NCBI GenBank assembly: GCA_002269645.1
Contig: NIVC01001995.1
Span: 62,001 to 126,000, forward strand
Direction of reading: 5' to 3'
Length of the DNA stretch: 64,000 bases
Source: Macrostomum lignano
Lineage: Eukaryota
Shown here: positions 25,701 to 37,187 of the stretch, piece by piece
How the letters are laid out: each line of letters opens with the position of its first letter
Position numbering within the stretch: the stretch's first letter is position 1
Notes under the pieces: generated by a model
What the model was told of the DNA's origin: nothing
Databases searched by the model: none
Seen by the model: only the letters and a program-made list of their open reading frames with translations
Translations under genes and position numbers: made by a program

Positions 25701-27721
25701 TTTCAGTTCAGTACGTAGCAAGTTAAACACATAGATCTTATATTTCCTAGATAGGCCACTTTGTATGGCGGTAATAGGGAAAGTCACTTGTTTTGGTTTT
25801 GGTTTTGTTCACTTTTGGTGACTGTGTTTAAGTTTTGGTCACTTGTGCGAAAGCCGTGTATATATCTTTGGTTAAACAGAAGAATTTTAATGAATTTTTA
25901 AACTAAAGCCAAGGCTCATTTATTGGGCTCTTACTCCCCAGCTTAAACCCTCCAATCGCGCCTTTCTACACTACCCCCACCCCGCCCCATTTTTTATTGC
26001 CTTTCTTTGAATTCCAGCCTAAAGCTGTAGTTATTTTAGTGGTTTCGCCCGGTCACACGAGAGGCGAGAGAGGCAGAGGCAAAGAAAAGACTGGGTTTTT
26101 TTGGGGGGGGGGAGGCGCAGAGAGGAAAGAAGGGGACAGAGGGACAGGCATCCAGTGGACAGCCACGACACTTACCCCATCAGCCAGCCAATCAGGAGTC
26201 GCCGCCGGGGGCGAGGCACAGACAGGACGGAAAATAAAGCTGGGACACGGGCAGAGCATAGGCCAGGCCAGGGTGAGACTTGGACTCCCCCTCCCAACCC
26301 AGGCCTGACCCACCGGGCCCAATCAGAGCGAGAGGAGGAGGGGGAGAGAGACAGCCTAGCACAAAACAAGTAGATCCACCACACTACGATACGCCAACAA
26401 CAAAGGCCTGAAAGTTAACATCTTTTTTATTCAAAGACAAGAGCCATAGAATTAAGACAGACTTTGTCGCGGTGATGAAGCATTGGCCCTGGATTATGAG
26501 AGTAAATCGCGCAAGCTCTAATCATAGAATGAAACAAACAGAAGCTGAGTGCGCACACCTCATCGGCTAACGGAAGCGACTCCACTGGGTAGCTCGGGTT
26601 AGAAGCCTCGGCCATTGGCTGCTTCTGCTGCTGCTGCGATTGCTTCTTTCCCCTTGTTCTCGTCCTTTTCTTGTGCGGATGCTGTAGAGAATGGGGGGGT
26701 ATGGTTAGAATAGTTTGAATTGGGAAGATTGCATTGGGGAATGGCGATAAAGATCACCAAGTTAAATTTTACTGGGGGGAGGTAAAATTTACTTAGGGAA
26801 TTGTATCTACTCGCAACTGCTGAGGGGGTGGAGTGAGCTGGGGCAGATGGCAGCTACTGAGGGACAGAGTGAGCAGGGGTAGATAGCAGCTACTGAGGGG
26901 TAGAGTGAGCTGGGGTAGATGGCAGCTACTGAGGGACAGAGTGAGCTGGGGTAGATGGCAGCTACTGAGGGACAGAGTGAGCTGGGGTAGATGGCAGCTA
27001 CTGAGGGACAGAGTGAGCTGGGGTAGATAGCAGCTACTGAGGGGTAGAGTGAGCTGGGGTAGATGGCAGCGGCACTCACGGCAGCCGCAGTCGCCCGCTT
27101 GCCCCCGCCGTCTGGCTGCAGCACGGCCCCGAAGTCCAACAGGGCGCCCGTCAGCTGGTAGGGCGCCTTGGCCTTGGCCAGACTGTCCGACTCCGCCCCA
27201 GATGACTGCCAGTCCTCCTCCTGACTGTCGGCATCATCGGCATCCGCCTCCGCGGCCGCAGCCGCCGACGCCGCGAACGGGTTGTCGGCCTGGCGCCGCG
27301 CCGCCCACTCGTCGTGCCAGTCGATCCGCAGGCCATCTAGCAGTCGTCCCATTCGCCTCATCACCAGCTCGGCGTCGAACCGCCCGACCTGCAGCAGCTC
27401 CGCCTCCCGCAGCAGGCAGGAGTCCAGCCTCTCCTCAACATCGCGAAGCCGCTCCTCTGTCCAGTCGGCTGCTGACGGTGGCGTTGCTCGCGCCGAGTCG
27501 GCGAGCCGCTCGATCTCCGACACGACGCCGACGAGCTGCTGCTGCTGGTCGGCTGCCACCGAGTGGCGCCGGATGTCGGCGAGGAGCTCTGTTCGACGCG
27601 CCTCCAGCTGCTGGACGGCGTCGTCAAAAAAGCCGTTGACTTGGTCGATGAGCTCCTTGCGAGAGTCGACTCGGTTGAGCAGCAGGCGCAGATCGGAGGC
27701 TTTCGAGCCGATCCGCTCCAT
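22740..27721 (-). CDS. Array paralog A: coiled coil + linker + six-bladed NHL-like beta-propeller, about 601 aa
   Basis: Exons 27080-27721, 26559-26681, 24965-25359, 23384-23856, 22740-22912 (1806 nt, phases 0,0,2,1 consistent; the 25359 acceptor is the least certain). QVNGFFDDAVQQLEARRTELL coiled coil, RRQADNPF motif, blades RPASLAFLHG, RPHRVRVCHQRGWLLILDR, QPEDVVCTGECLFIACP, GPVRLAWNFAERWLVVID. AATAAA (forward TTTATT 22705-22710) follows the stop. Confidence 0.8.
22925..23150. repeat. GAGGAGGGTAAA-based purine-rich tandem repeat in the last intron of paralog A
   Basis: Tandem copies visible. Confidence 0.85.
23915..24920. repeat. 12-bp minisatellite (GGTCAGTGAGRT)n in a paralog A intron
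   Basis: Tandem copies visible; source of spurious ORFs reading VSEM, TDHL and SVRW. Confidence 0.95.
26026..26402. mobile_element. Probable solo LTR in paralog A intron 2
   Basis: Starts TGTAGTT and ends AACAACA (TG..CA with an imperfect 7-bp inverted repeat); flanks AAAGC / AAGGC (imperfect 5-bp TSD); contains two CCAAT boxes and AATAAA at 26233. Confidence 0.45.
26830..27070. repeat. 36-bp minisatellite (GAGTGAGCTGGGGTAGATRGCAGCTACTGAGGGRYA)n in paralog A intron 1
   Basis: About seven tandem copies starting just after the donor at 27079. Confidence 0.92.
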
Positions 27722-28216
27722 CGCCGCTGCTGCAGGTCATAAATAAATGGGTCAGCATGTTTTTGAAAACCATCGCCAGGTGAAAATTAAATTTCAAAGA
27801 TTATAAAGAGAAATGAAAATATAGCAAATTCTGCGTTAAATGAAGATTCTGAGTAGAATCAGTCAATTGTATTGAGTAAATCTTTCAACATCACCAGTGC
27901 ATACAGTTGATTGAAATAGAGCCAAACTATTGGATAAAAATGTAATAAAAATTTATAGACACAGTATTAGGCATTATTCCTTACAATGGAAAGACGGAAA
28001 AGTCAAATAAAAAGCCAAAAAACAAAAGTGCTGAATAAAAATGTATCCTTAAGGCCGTTTTCATGCTATTTGTTTAAAATATTAATAAGGCGCAAAAACC
28101 AGACAGACAAAAACATGGAGTGTTGTAAAGTTGTAAAAAACAAGTAAAATCCTTTTATCGCATACATGTTAATGCATCAAGAGTTAGCAACGAGTCGACT
28201 GGGTTTAATAGTAGCA

Positions 28217-28465
28217 CAGGGGTCGGCAAAGCCCGTCCGTCGGGCCACATGCGGCCCTCGAAGTCCCTCTACCAGGCCGTCGGGTCCTTTGAAGCTTCAC
28301 AATAGCAATCCGGCCCGCTCAATGTTTGTATCTCTTCTCAACTCTCTCCCCTCTCCTTTCTCCCACTCTCTTCTTCTATTCCCTCTCTTTTCCACTCTCA
28401 TTTGGCCCGCAGCCATGAGTTGGATTCTATACCTGGCCCTTGAGATAAAAGTTTTCCGACCCCTG
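28217..28465. mobile_element. hAT-family (Charlie-like) MITE, about 249 bp
   Basis: TIRs CAGGGGTCGGCAAA / TTTTCCGACCCCTG; subterminal GGCCACATGCGGCCCTCG typical of hAT elements; flanks share AGTAGC (degenerate TSD). Confidence 0.75.
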
Positions 28466-28714
28466 GAAGTAGCGAAACTATGCGTGCATAAATGTGTGCG
28501 ATGTGACACGGGGGTATGCTATTTAGTTAGTTCGCAGCGGTCAAGTCAAAGCGACAGTCAACTCGCAGCCAGCAATGCTCATTCCGCTGAATCGCTGAGA
28601 ACGCAAACTTCCTCAATCGTCAGGCATGTACACATTCTGTGTCTTGGCAGCTGGCCCTCAGGGGCCATTTTTGCAAATCAAACTCTGGAAAAATCAGACT
28701 CTGGACGATTTCAT

Positions 28715-29630
28715 TCACATAAAAGAACTCATAGCGGTCGAGAACACGCAGCCGTTGTTGCAGCAGGCGGCAATGGAGTCCCTGACGGGGCACAGATTCC
28801 AAACAAGCCAGGGCGCCCTGACTGGCACACTGCTGATCAAGCTGAAGCTGTTCCGATCCAGCACGAGAAACTCGGTCATCCCGCCAGTCCGACGCGACAA
28901 CAGCAGACGATTTTGCACGAATTCGACGCTGGGAATCACTAACGACTGGAACGCTTCGCCCTGACATTCTGCCCGCTCGAACTCAACCGACTTAGCGGAC
29001 TGTCGGCTGGTCGATTTGACAAGTTTAAGCGCGCATAGTCGATAGGCACCGGGCCCAGTCTGGTCCACTATGACCAGCCTGCTCTCATTGGCGTCCCAGG
29101 CCAGCCTGACCGGAGCAAAGAGTCCATAGGCCGCCAGTGAGGTGAATTGACGAATTTTAACCGGCTTTGATGCGTCATCAACAAGCGACACGATGTAGAT
29201 TCCAGCAGCTGGAGAACTGATTATCAATAATTCGCCAGTACTGATGGCGTCCTCTGGCGCTTCCAGCTGCCTGCTGAAATCAAGAAGCAGGCGCGATTGA
29301 TCAGGTTTTGTGAAAAATTCGCTAAACTAAATAAAATTCCCTTAAAAACAACATGAGCGTCAGGCTGTTGATGACTAAAACTCAGACTGGAATCCTCTAA
29401 ATTTTGGTAACTTAAAAAGGCTCTGAAGTGACGGGTTATTTTTTGGTCTCCCCCTTTGCGGCACAAACGCTACCTTTTTTGCTCGTCACAAATACATCTT
29501 CGCACCTCACTCAAACTAAACCTATGAACGCAACCTGGTCTCCGCTTACTGGATGCGACTTGGATTGAGAGTTGAATTCGTACAAAAACATCGGGACTTT
29601 TTCCTATATACTAAAAATGGTCTGTCTGTG

Positions 29631-29663
<33 letters not shown>

Positions 29664-30623
29664 GTGATCGATTAGAGAAAAAATGGCTGGACCGATTTTG
29701 TTCAAACTTGCACTGTTCGATCAGAAATTTTCCCGTGACTGTACATGCATCGCGGCTAAGAAATTGCTCGATGCTAAAGGCATTAAATATTCGAAAAACA
29801 TGCTTTTTTGCAAAGGTCAAGCAAACTTTTCGACTTGAAATGCATTGTAAGAATGCTAGAGAAAAAACTGACTGGTTGAATTCTGGTTCTGAAATAGATT
29901 GCATCATCACTGAATTGTAACTCCGACTTGAATTGAAAATGCAGTATGGAAGCGTAGCACCAGACTTGATTTAAATTGCGTAACCATATTGTTAACTGAT
30001 ACTGACTGACTGAGAAACTGATTATGTCATAACTGCTTCGTGTGATTTACTCTATGCTTGGATTTTAAAGTGTTGAATTATATAAGTGCAAAATTTGATG
30101 TTATCAAAAAGATGAGAACTAGCCTAGAGGTGAACAGACTGAACTGCTAAATGCAGCGACGATGGTTCGAATTTTCATAGAGTATAATTTTTTTAATTAA
30201 AGCTTTTCAACGTCAGGAAAACTAAAAGACTTTTTAAAAAGAAGCGTCATGTAAAAATCATAGTAGCGTCATGTAAAAAATCGTAGAAGCGTCATATAAA
30301 AAATTATAGAAGCGTCATATAAAAATCATAGATGCGTCATTTAAAAAATCATAGAAGCATCATATAAAAATCATAGATGCGTCATTTAAAAAACCATAGA
30401 AGCATCATGTAAACAATCATAGAAGCGTCATTTAAAAAATCATAGAAGCATCATATAAAAATCATAGATGCGTCATTTAAAAAATCATAGAAGCATCATG
30501 TAAACAATCATAGAAGCGTCATTTAAAAAATCATAGAAGCGTCATATAAAAATCATAGATGCGTCATTTAAAAAATCATGGAAGCGTCATGTAAACAATC
30601 ATACTAAAAATGGTCTGTCTGTG

Positions 30624-30656
<33 letters not shown>

Positions 30657-33600
30657 GTGATCGATTAGAGAAAAAATGGCTGGACCGATTTTGTTCAAAC
30701 TTGCACTGTTCGATCAGAAATTTTCCCGTGACTGTACATGCATCGCGGCTAAGAAATTGCTCGATGCTAAAGGCATTAAATATTCGAAAAACATGCCTTT
30801 TTGCAAAGGTCAAGCAAACTTTTCGACTTGAAATGCATTGTAAGAATGCTAGAGAAAAAACTGACTGGTTGAATTCTGGTTCTGAAATAGATTGCATCAT
30901 CACTGAATTGTAACTCCGACTTGAATTGAAAATGCAGTGTGGAAGCGTAGCACCAGACTTGATTTAAATTGCGTAACCATATTGTTAACTGATACTGACT
31001 GACTGAGAAACTGATTATGTCATAACTGCTTCGTGTGATTTACTCTATGCTTGGATTTTAAACTGTTGAATTATATATATATATAAGTGCAAAATTTGAT
31101 GTTATCAAAAAGATGAGAACTAGCCTAGAGGTGAACAGACTGAACTGCTAAATGCAGCGACGATGGTTCGAATTTTCATAGAGTATAATTTTTTTAATTA
31201 AAGCTTTTCAACGTCAGGAAAACTAAAAGACTTTTTAAAAAGAAGCGTCATGTAAAAATCATAGTAGCGTCATGTAAAAAATCGTAGAAGCGTCATATAA
31301 AAAATTATAGAAGCGTCATATAAAAATCATAGATGCGTCATTTAAAAAATCATAGAAGCGTCATGTAAACAATCATAGAAGCGTCATGTAAACAATCATA
31401 GAAGCGTCATGTAAAAAATCGTAGAAGCGTCATTTAAAAAATCATAGAAGCGTCATGCAAAAATCATAGATGCGTCATTTAAAAAATCATGGAAGCGTCA
31501 TGTAAACAATCATAGAAGCGTCATGTAAAAAATCATAGAAGCGTCATATAAAAATCATAGATGCATCATTTAAAAAAATCATAGAAGCGTCATATAAAAA
31601 ATCATAGAAGCGTCATGTAAAAATCATAGAAGCGTCATGTAAACAACCATAGAAGCGTCATGTAAAAAATCATAGAAGAGTCATGTAAACAATCATAGAA
31701 GCGTCATGTAAGCAATCATAGAAGCGTCATGTAAACAATCATAGAAGCGTCATGTAAACAATCATAGAAGCGTCATGTAAGCAATCATAAAAGCATCATG
31801 TAAACAATCATAGAAGCGTCATGTAAACAATCACAGAAGCGTCATGAAAAAATCATAGAAGCGTCATGTAAACAATCATAGAAGCGTCATGTAAAAAGCA
31901 TAGAAGCGTCATGTAAAAAAATCATAGTAGCGTCATGTAAACAATCATAGAAGCGTCATGTAAAGAATCATAGAAGCGTCATGTAAAAAAATCATAGATG
32001 CGTCATTTAAAAAATCATAGAAGCATCATGTAAACAATCATAGAAGCGTCATTTAAAAAAATCATAGAAGCGTCATATAAAAATCATAGATGCGTCATTT
32101 AAAAAATCATAGAAGCGTCATGTGAAAATCATAAAAGCGTCACGTAAAGAATCATAGAAGCGTCATGTAAACAATCATAGAAGCGTCATGTAAACAATCA
32201 TAGAAGCGTCATGTAAACAATCATAGAAGCGTCATGTAAAAAATCATAGAAGCGTCATGTAAACAATCATAGAAGCGTCATGTAAACAATCATAGAAGCG
32301 TCATTTAAAAAATCATAGAAGCGTCATGTAAACAATCATAGAAGCGTCATGTAAAAAATCATAGAAGCGTCATGTAAAAAATCATAGAAGCGTCATGTAA
32401 AAATCGTAGAAGCGTCATTTAAAAATCATAGAAAATCATAAAAATCAAAAATTAAATGCAGCTATAATGCTGTGCTGGGAAAAAAAACTGAGACGTAAAG
32501 GCTCTCAGAGAATAACTGCTGAGATTACGGGGGGGGGTTTCTGAGATGTCAAAGCAAAAGTCAGAAGCTACTTCAAAGTTCATGTACTTTACTCAATTTT
32601 TTTATTGCATTCTTTGTTGGCTCGCCACGGGAGGCGCTTATAGAAGAAGAGTCATGTAAAAAATAAAAGTAGCACTACGAGCGTATGTACGAGCTATACA
32701 TAAAAGAAAAGTCATGTTCAAGTTAAAAGATTCATTTGGGAATTGCTACGATGTCAAAGCTTGGTGGAAATCGTTATAGTGCTGTGATTCTTAAAGAAGG
32801 AATCACTAAAATGTCAAGGCTTAGGGGAGAAGAATTGCTGAGATTTCAAGGCTTTAGGTTGGGTTAAAGTTAGGTTTAGGTCAGGTGTGGGTTGAGGGTT
32901 ATATTTTATCGGGTTTCAAGGTTAACAGAATAACAGGGGATTTTTTAGATTTCAAGGTTTATGGAGGCCATCGCTGACATGTTAAGGCTTACGGGGGGAA
33001 TAGCTGAGATGTCAAGGCTCACGGGGTATAAATGAGATTTCAAGGCTAAAGTCAGAAGCTACATGTAGTTTATTGAAAACTTTTTATTACATTATTTGAT
33101 GCCTCCTCAGGGGAGGGATCGCTGATAAAAAAAGCGTAATGTAAAAAATAAAAGAAGCTTCATGTCGAAGTTAAGAGATTCATTTGGGAATCCCTACGAT
33201 GTCGAGGCTTGCAGGAAATCGCTATAATGCTGTAGTAGTGCTATAGTGACTCTTAGAGAGAATTACTGAAATTTCAATGTTAGGTTAGGGTTAGGGTTAG
33301 GGTTAGGGCTAGGGTTAGGGTTAGGGTTAGGCTAGGGTTAGAAGGTTGACAGATATTTTTAGATTTCCAAGGCTTATTGGGGGCATTGCTGAGATGTCAA
33401 GGGGGAAGTTGATATGTCAAAGCTTGTGGGGGGGGGAATTACTGACATGTCAAGGCTTACAAGGTTTGACAGGAGATTTTTTAAGATTTCAAGGATACAT
33501 GTAGCTTATTAAAAAAACGTGTATTGCATTTATTTGGCTCCCCAACGGGGGCGTAGATTGCTAGTCTTTGCTAAAACTTTTTCCCCAACATACTTGGCAT

Positions 33601-35319
33601 CGTATACGATCTTTTCCTGGGCTGACTTTCCTGGGTTTCACCGAGATGAAAAAATGACCTTTTTGTACACTACGTAGTGTATTTTTTTGAAAAAACCTGC
33701 CTCTAAAACTATCCTTTTTCTAAGAAACGTAATTTCCACCTTCCTACTTCAGTAGTCTTTGTGCACTCCACCATGGTTAGGGTTAGGCCTTTGCACTTTT
33801 CTCTGGATGTCTGCTGTCACGTCCTTCATTTAGCTTAGTCTTCAGCTTAACTCAATTTTAATTTAGCTGTTTTCGATCTGGAATTCATTTTATCGATCGG
33901 CGGAATCGCCTGGATTTAATAAAAATCGTGCTTAGTAAAAGTTGCAACCGATAGTTTATTGATGATTCATTGATAAACTTTGGTGATAAAAACAACAAGC
34001 ACTCACTTTCGACGGAATTCCGGCCCGATTCGGAACTCAAGGCGGCCGGTCGGATCGGTGACTAATACCTGACGATTCGACCTGTCAATCACAATTAGAA
34101 GATTCTGCCTGCTACACGATCGAATTCGATACGGATGAATCACGGGCGGACTGTCCACTTGATGCCTGTAGCTGAAGAAGAACACCTTGAGAAACTTGCC
34201 CGCTGCGCTGTACACAAATATCCTCTTCTGCGGCAGCTCAACAGAGAAATACATGTTTGACAAATAAGTCAGTGATACGGGAAAGTTGTGCAGACTGAAA
34301 GACATAATGATCTCAAATGGCAGCGCATCCTGCACCGCCGACAATGCATCTGCATTGCCGCAGTCAGCTCTGTCGGCATCAGGAGCTGCTGTAGGCAAGG
34401 TGTGACCGCCTCTATTAAAGCCACCTCTGCCTCCTCTGTTGGCTGAGGCGACATCGGACGAGCCGCGTTGAGACGGCCAAGAAAAGTTTCCACCACGAGA
34501 CCGAGACATGCCACGACCAGCTCGAGAACGAGGGCCGCTTCTACCTCGAGATGAAGCCACTTGACCCCTAACTGCAACAGGTGAAAAGAAGTGCGCAGCG
34601 TCATCTGCATCGCCTTCACAGTCATCCTGAGAAGGTGTGTTCGAATTTTCATCGGATGTTTCGTCTTCGACAGTCTGATTGAACTTGTGCAGTTCAGCAG
34701 CTGATCCGTGCTTAGCAGCGCCCCGACCATACGGCCTGGCTCGTGCACCCACACTGACTCCACGAATTCCGTGCGCTCGATAAGGCCTTCTGTGCAGCCA
34801 GGTGCCTCCACGAGCACCGAAAGATCGTTGTTCATCACCGCCAGCTTCATCTAGAGCTGCTGCACCACTGCATTCTTCTTCTCTACTGCTGCGCAACATT
34901 GTGCCAAAATCAACTTTCTGCAGCATCTGATAGTCACAGCTGGCGAAATCTTCAGCCTGGCAGTCTTCGCCGCTGTCGGCTTCTCCGGCGTCCGCAGTCG
35001 AGGCGAACGGATTGTCGGCCTCGCGCCGCATCATCCACTCGTCGCGCCAGTCGATCTTCAGACTGTCCAGCAGACGATGCGTTCGTCGACTAGCCAGCAT
35101 TGCGTCAAAATGGCCGCTTCTGAGACGGATTTCCAGTCTCTGTTCAGCATCAGAATTTGCAGCAGCTTTATAAGCATCCTCTCTGCCATCCTGCTGCTCC
35201 TCGTGCTCTTCAATATCTTTAATGAGCTCGGATCTGCGAGCCTCCAGTTGCGCTATAACGTCGTCAAAGAAACTATTGACCTGACTTTTAAGCTCCACGA
35301 TTCCGGCTGCTTGGCTCAT
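28715..35319 (-). CDS. Array paralog B: coiled coil + linker + NHL-like propeller, about 623 aa
   Basis: Exons 34007-35319 and 28715-29273, phase-2 intron (AA/gtgagt..tttcag/C). QVNSFFDDVIAQLEARRSELI, RREADNPF, PVSLTYL, PYRIRSCSRQNLLIVIDR, EAPEDAISTG, APVRLAWD. The true N-terminus may extend upstream. Confidence 0.8.
30238..32445. repeat. ~23-bp satellite (AGAAGCGTCATGTAAAMAATCAT)n inside Helitron copy 1 (30238-30600 and 31238-32445)
   Basis: Tandem copies visible. Confidence 0.92.
33279..33340 (+). repeat. Interstitial telomere-like (TTAGGG)n inside Helitron copy 1
   Basis: About ten TTAGGG/CTAGGG units; a shorter CCCTAA tract lies at the homologous position about 57890-57914 in copy 2. 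Confidence 0.85.
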
Positions 35320-35427
35320 CGAATGTGATCGGCGAAGTCGAGGAAAACATAAAAAAATGTTTTTAATAATTTAATAACTGTTAATAAAAACGGATCTTGC
35401 TATCAAAGATTTAAGCTTCAGTTGAGA

Positions 35428-35714
35428 ACTTTCCACCATCTTGCGCCGGCGGCGACTACAACTGGCGGGCCACGTGATCCCCTACTGCCTCCAACCTGTT
35501 CAGGACGTCCTGCTTCTCACCCTGCAGGGCCCGTTTAGGCCGGGTCAGGCCCAAACCCGTCGATACGTGGACTGCCTCCTACGCGACGCCGGGGCGCCCG
35601 ACACTGCCAAACTGGGCGAACTTAGTCCGCTCTCTCAGGCTCTTCGGCGCGCCATCTGACGCACCCTGCTGTGAATTTGCTTGCGGGTCTGCGTAATTTG
35701 TTGTTGTTGTTGTT
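35428..35714 (+). mobile_element. 5'-truncated LINE (RTE-like) 3' fragment with (TTG)n tail
   Basis: Translates as LSTILRRRRLQLAGHV..P..G.F..G....RYVD, the typical post-RT C-terminus of RTE-type LINEs; (TTG)n tail from about 35698; candidate TSD GTTGAGA at 35421-35427 and 35715-35721. Confidence 0.75.
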
Positions 35715-37187
35715 GTTGAGAGCTGTCTTTGGTTGATGGAGGACCAAAGTGAGAACAAGACTAACAACGCTGAAAACTTGTCATTTACTTTTTAGGCTAT
35801 AAAGCTAACTGTTGATCTTTTATCTCTAAACCCTATTTCGATTCCTGCTAGTGTAAAAAGTGTTACAAAATTACAATAATAATGCTCAGTCAGCCACAAA
35901 ACAGATAACTGCTTTGAGATTGCGATTTTTTATTTTGTAAAAAATTCCAAACAACCAAAATTGTGTTCGAGTAAAACACACCGACAAATTATAATCAACA
36001 GACACACTTATAAAATTGAGTTCGTTAAAAAATAAATGATGTGAGTTTGAGAAAAATGGTTTGAGTTATTATTAATAGAAGCGAGAAATATTGCGAGAAG
36101 TTGAATGCAAGGATTATGTAAAATCAGCACAATTATTGCTAACTGAGAAATGCAAAATGCGAAATGAAAAAAATTATTGATCAAGTTGAGTAGCTGATTA
36201 ACTATGACATGAAACAAGTAAGAGCTTATTTGATGATAAAATAGCAAAGCTAAGTGCAATACAACTTGGGTATAGTCTGGCATGAAAACAAACCGGTGAA
36301 AAATTCCAAATAATGTAGCACCATGGTTTTGAAACAACATTTTGCCATACACTATATAAAATAATAGATTGGCAGTCAAGACAAAGACACAAAACGATAA
36401 TATTAGCCTCGCCGAAAATTCATTAAAAAGTGTGTAGCGCATTCTGCACTAGATATTTTGCCCTTTCCCTCTTGTCTGGATAGGCCTCCCCGGGTGACCA
36501 AGTTCGGTCTGGTTAGGGGTGGTCCGGCACTTGGCTTGAGCCCTCACCCCTCCCTTGCGCGCGGCCTGATTGGTCGTTCAGCCGGTTTTAGCTGCGCTGG
36601 GCGGCTATTATTGGCTGGGCAAGGCTCGCTCGCTCTCTCTCTCTCTCTCGCTTACTTTTGTTCTAAAGCTCTATAGTTCTAAAGTTCTTCCTTTTGTTAA
36701 ACCACGAAATTAAAACTGAAAATTGAGATTCAGTAGCATACGCTCGTAAAGAATCAAGCAACAAAATGAACAAGCTCAACCCGAGTCCGGCGTCCGCCCG
36801 TTACGGCGGCTGATTGGTAATTTGTGTTGCTCCTCAACGTACATCAACGTACCTGCATTAACTATAGAAGCACGCCGTGAGTGTCCCAACAGCACACAGT
36901 GCCAGGCTAAGTCAGTGCATCCCAACGCCAGACCACCTCGGCCACCCGACAACAACGATCCAGTGCGTCCCGACTTTATTTATAACATACTCGAATAATC
37001 TTAATCTGACTGTGGAAACCAAACCGACCACAGCCACCACAAGTGTTCAGATAAATCTCTGGCTGGAATAGCAACTGCCTCTGAGACACCTCTGAATATG
37101 ACTAATATAACTCAAACCCAAGTCTAAAAAGCACTTGAGTCGATTTTAACGACTTTCTGACGATAGTAAGCGATTATATCCGCAGTG

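Larger units (their letters stand above)
29602..33564 (+). mobile_element. Non-autonomous Helitron-like element (copy 1) filling the intron of paralog B
   Basis: 5' TCCTATATACTAAAAATGGTCTGTCTGTG(TCTA)n..GGCTGGACCGATTT head typical of Helitron/HINE elements; 3' hairpin CCCC-AAC-GGGGG nine bases before the terminal CTAG followed by T; no TSD or TIR; internal satellites and (TTAGGG)n. The exact 5' base is uncertain (29591 is an alternative). Confidence 0.8.

Noticed and set aside
28626-28964. Overlapping ORFs 28620..28967 (-) and 28626..28964 (+)
   Set aside because: Alternative-frame and antisense shadows of the last exon of paralog B.
30120-30175. A functional tRNA gene
   Set aside because: A/B-box-like motifs are present but no cloverleaf or acceptor stem; it is repeated as part of a mobile element.
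29656-30913. Duplicated 84-aa and 70-aa ORFs
   Set aside because: They lie in the non-coding head of the Helitron-like element; no Rep or helicase motifs are seen anywhere in the window.
36008-36850. 144-aa hydrophobic ORF 36008..36442 and an adjacent LTR-like CCAAT/(CT)n block
   Set aside because: The ORF is an AT-rich composition artefact. The block looks LTR-like, but I could not find matching TG..CA ends with a TSD.
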